A stretch of 64,000 nt of DNA from Centroscyllium fabricii (taxonomy: Eukaryota), in assembly GCA_051313645.2 (NCBI GenBank), contig JBNRSN020000002.1, forward strand, positions 399,590,001-399,654,000. The letters run 5' to 3'. Within the stretch, counting starts at the first letter, position 1; each line of letters starts with the position of its first letter. The notes beneath the pieces were generated by a model that saw only the letters and a program-made list of their open reading frames with translations, ran no database searches and was not told the origin of the DNA. The translations under genes and the position numbers were made by a program. This document shows positions 61,086-64,000 of the stretch, piece after piece.

Positions 61086-62358
61086 TGAATGATGTCATCA
61101 GGCTGCGCAGCACCTGGGAGACACTGCGCACCCAAAATTGGGCAGTGCCTGCCGTTTTATCGCGGCGTTCTGCCAGCGCCAGCTTTTTTCTGTCCAAACA
61201 GCAGCACCCGAGCGCTGCTTAAAGGGAAGTGTGACGGTCGGCCATTTTTATTGCTGACCGACTACAACCACCTTCCCTCTCGGCTTCCCCCGGCTTCCCC
61301 CGCTGCTCCCCGGCGGGGTGAGGCTTCCCTCAGCTGAGCCCGGCACTTCCTCCGAGTGCCGGGCTCGTTCTGCGGCTCCCAGTCCCTCGGCGGCCCCGCG
61401 GGGCTCTCGCTGCAGCCACACTAGGCCCCTCCCCTTTAATGGAGGAGACCAGCCTGCCGTTCCGCGAGCCGCCGTTGCAGCCTCCCGAATGCAGCACTGT
61501 GCTAACGGCCCGGTATTCAGCCGCCTCACAGTAAGAGCGAGGCAGCCCGCCCGATTTAGCGCCCGCCCAAATGGAATGGGCAATGCGGCCAATATCGGCA
61601 TTTTTAGCACCAGCGATGAGCTGGCGCTAAAAATAGCACATCGCCCAGGTCAGCGCCACTTTTTGTGCGCTGACCAATTTAGCCCCCAATGGCTTCGGTC
61701 TTCCCAATATTTAGTTGGAGGAAATTGCTGCTCAGCCAGTACTCAATTTAGAGTCCGTGGAAGGGTCAAGAGAGCTGGTGGTGCTGAGGTAGAGTTGAGT
61801 GTCGTCAGCATACATGTAGAAACTGATGCTGTGTTTTTGGATGATGTCACTGAAGGGCAGCATGTCCATGAGAAATAGGAGGGGCCAATGATAGATCCTT
61901 GGGGGACACCAGAGGTAACGATGCGGGAGCGGGAAGAAAGCTGTTGCAGGTGATTCTCTGGCTACGATTAGATAGATAAGAATGGAGCCAAGTGAGTACA
62001 GTCCCACCCAGCTAGACAATGATGGAGAGGTGTTGGAGGACGATGGAGTGGTCAACAGTGTTAAAGGCTGCAGACAGGTTGAGAAGGACGAGGAGGGCTA
62101 GTTTACCTTTGTCACAGTCACATAGGATGTCATTTGTGACTTTGATAAGAGCCATTTTGGTATTGTGGCAGGGGTGGAAACCTGATTGGAGGGATTCAAA
62201 CATGGAGTTCCGGGAAAGATGGGCACAGATGTGGGAGACGACAAGACGTCCAAGGACATTGGAGAGGTTTTTTGAGGAGAGGAATGATGACGGGAGATTT
62301 GAAGGAGAGTGAGACAGTGCCTGAGGAGTGGGAACAGTTAACAATATCAGCTAAGGTG

Positions 62359-64000
62359 TGTGATGAACCATTTGGTGTGGTTCACACTGTGCTATTATTG
62401 TATATAGTTTGTGTTAATATATCTGTACCTTTCTGGATTATTGTATATAGTTTGTGTTAATAAATCTGTACCTTTCTGTAAGGACCTGGACCGGCTGACT
62501 CCGCCTCTGGGTATGAGTATAAAGGATAATGCTCCGCCCACCTGACTCTCATTCCGGGCGGACTCATCACAGACTAGGTTCAGTTCTTTGTAAATAAAAG
62601 CCTTTCATTAGAACAAGCTGTCGGCTCTGATTTGAGGCTCCTCAATTTTATTTACAAATAATTTTTACAATGAGCCTGCAGGATGATGACCAACAACAGA
62701 GCCACCAGCCAGCAGCATCAGAAAACTGGAAAACTATCCTTAAACCAAAAACTCTCGACCTCAACCCCCAGGCACCGAACGCGTCGGACGATTTTGAGCA
62801 CTGGCTGAGCTGTTTCGAATCGTTCCTGGTAGTGGCCGGAGTCAGCGATGCGCACAGGAGACGAGTCCTGGTCTCCTGCGTGAGTGGCAGGGTATATTCT
62901 ATCATTAAGAATGCCACTGACTACGATGCAGCATTGGAGCTGCTGAGGGCTCGATACCTCCAGCCAGTCAACGCCGTCTACGCTCGCCAACTACTCGCCA
63001 CGCGGAGGCAACAGCATGGTGAGTCGCTCTGCACTGCGGATGTGCCCCTGTTAACACCCAGGAGCACATGGACCTCCTCGTCCGCGATACCTACATGGCA
63101 GGAATCAGATTGGCCCCAGCTCGCACCCGCCTGCTCGAGCAGGATAATTTGTCCCTGAATAAGAACATAAGAACATAAGAAATAGGAGCAGGAGTAGGCC
63201 AATCGGCCCCTCGAGAAGCTTTCCAATGCGGTGGATGGGGCCCTCCGCAGCCTGGATTCGTACACGGGGCACGGCTCCCACACGGTTTCCCCTGGGCCTT
63301 GGGACTCGCGTTCGATGCCCTCGACGGCGACCGTGGCGGCGACGGCGTCATCTGGACAGCCAGTGCCTCTGAAATGCTATTTTTGTGGCCAGAAACGCCA
63401 TCCACGAAGCTCCTGTCCAGCAAAGTCGTCATCCTGCTCCAAATGTGGCAAGAAGGGCCACTTTGTGAAGGTCTGCTGATCGGCCCCGGAATCTGCAAGG
63501 AAAAACGGCAGCAACCTGCGATGTCCACGCCACAGAGTGGCCTCAGGTACCTGGCGCCCCCCAACAGCGGCCCCCAGAACGATCACTACCTACCTTGCCT
63601 TGGGTGCGGCCTGCCAGCGTCGTTTCCCATGCTCCGCCATCTTTGGGGGGCGTGGCCTTCTTTCTCCTCCGTTGGATCTCTGCCATCTTTTGGGGCGTGG
63701 CCTTCTTCCTCCCTGGAACGGCGCGAAACGCGGGCGCCGTCGGGCCTCCGGGCAGTAGAGGCCCCGCACCATCACGTGACGCCACCATCTTCCCGCGTCA
63801 TGGCAGTAGCAGCCCCGCCCCATCATGTGTCGCCGCCATCTTGGTACAGGATGGCCTGCATCCCGGCAGCTGAGGCACCGCCCCATCACGTGACAATGCC
63901 ATCTTCCTGCGTCACGGCATCAGCGGCCCCGCCCCATCACGTAACACCACCATCTTGGTATAGGACAGCCCGCATTCCGACAGCAGCGGGCCCGCCCCGT
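62359..64000 (+). mobile_element. Gypsy LTR retrotransposon lacking a tRNA PBS, 5' part (runs off the window end)
   Basis: LTR TGTGATGAACC...CTCCTCA (62359-62644) with TATAAA and AATAAA; gag from 62670; knuckles CYFCGQKRHPRSSC and CSKCGKKGHFVKVC. Confidence 0.9.
63157..63213 (-). mobile_element. Very short CR1 tail inserted in gag
   Basis: Matches 11229-11279 (ACATAAGAACATAAGAAATAGGAGCAGGAGTAGGCCAATCGGCCCCTCGAG). Confidence 0.85.

Larger units (their letters stand above)
56258..61687. mobile_element. GC-rich TIR element inserted in L2 and hosting a Gypsy
   Basis: GGGCGCGAAATT / AATTTAGCCCCC ends, TAT/AAT flanks; homologous to 5073-5835. Confidence 0.7.
55447..62355 (-). mobile_element. L2 LINE, interrupted (pieces 55447-56257 and 61688-62355)
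   Basis: LQSGFHPCHNTKMALIKVTNDIL, LNLSAAFNTVDH, YADDTQLY, GGCAFSCLGPKLWNSLP, (TTG)n tail. Confidence 0.88.

Overview
Eukaryotic, repeat-saturated DNA with no host gene that I can recognise with confidence. The repeat set (HE1-like V-SINE, CR1 LINEs with (TTCTATGA)n/(TTCTTATG)n tails, Penelope elements with minimal hammerhead ribozymes, L2) suggests a cartilaginous fish; that assignment is inference. The window holds six Gypsy/Ty3 LTR elements plus a solo LTR: two CsRn1-like (1-2189, 46704-51130), two Mag-like (13595-19048, 56429-61085) and two of a lineage with no tRNA primer site (33470-37879, 62359-64000). It also holds a Penelope element, many CR1/L2/other LINE fragments, SINEs, a Harbinger transposase fragment and two families of non-autonomous TIR elements, often deeply nested. 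Three signals stand out. (1) The two divergent PBS-less Gypsy elements both carry, where the tRNA primer site should be, a 13-nt sequence complementary to their own LTR AATAAA region, plus a small hairpin across the LTR end. The pairings co-vary, which points to self-priming and/or poly(A)-signal masking; one element also has an RT motif YLDN. (2) A TA-flanked TIR family has copies carrying different internal cargo resembling CpG promoters and exons, plus NRF1/YY1-like motif arrays (Pack-type capture candidate). (3) Penelope-derived palindromes bear hammerhead ribozymes on both strands. Coordinates were read by eye, and edges of degraded repeats are approximate.
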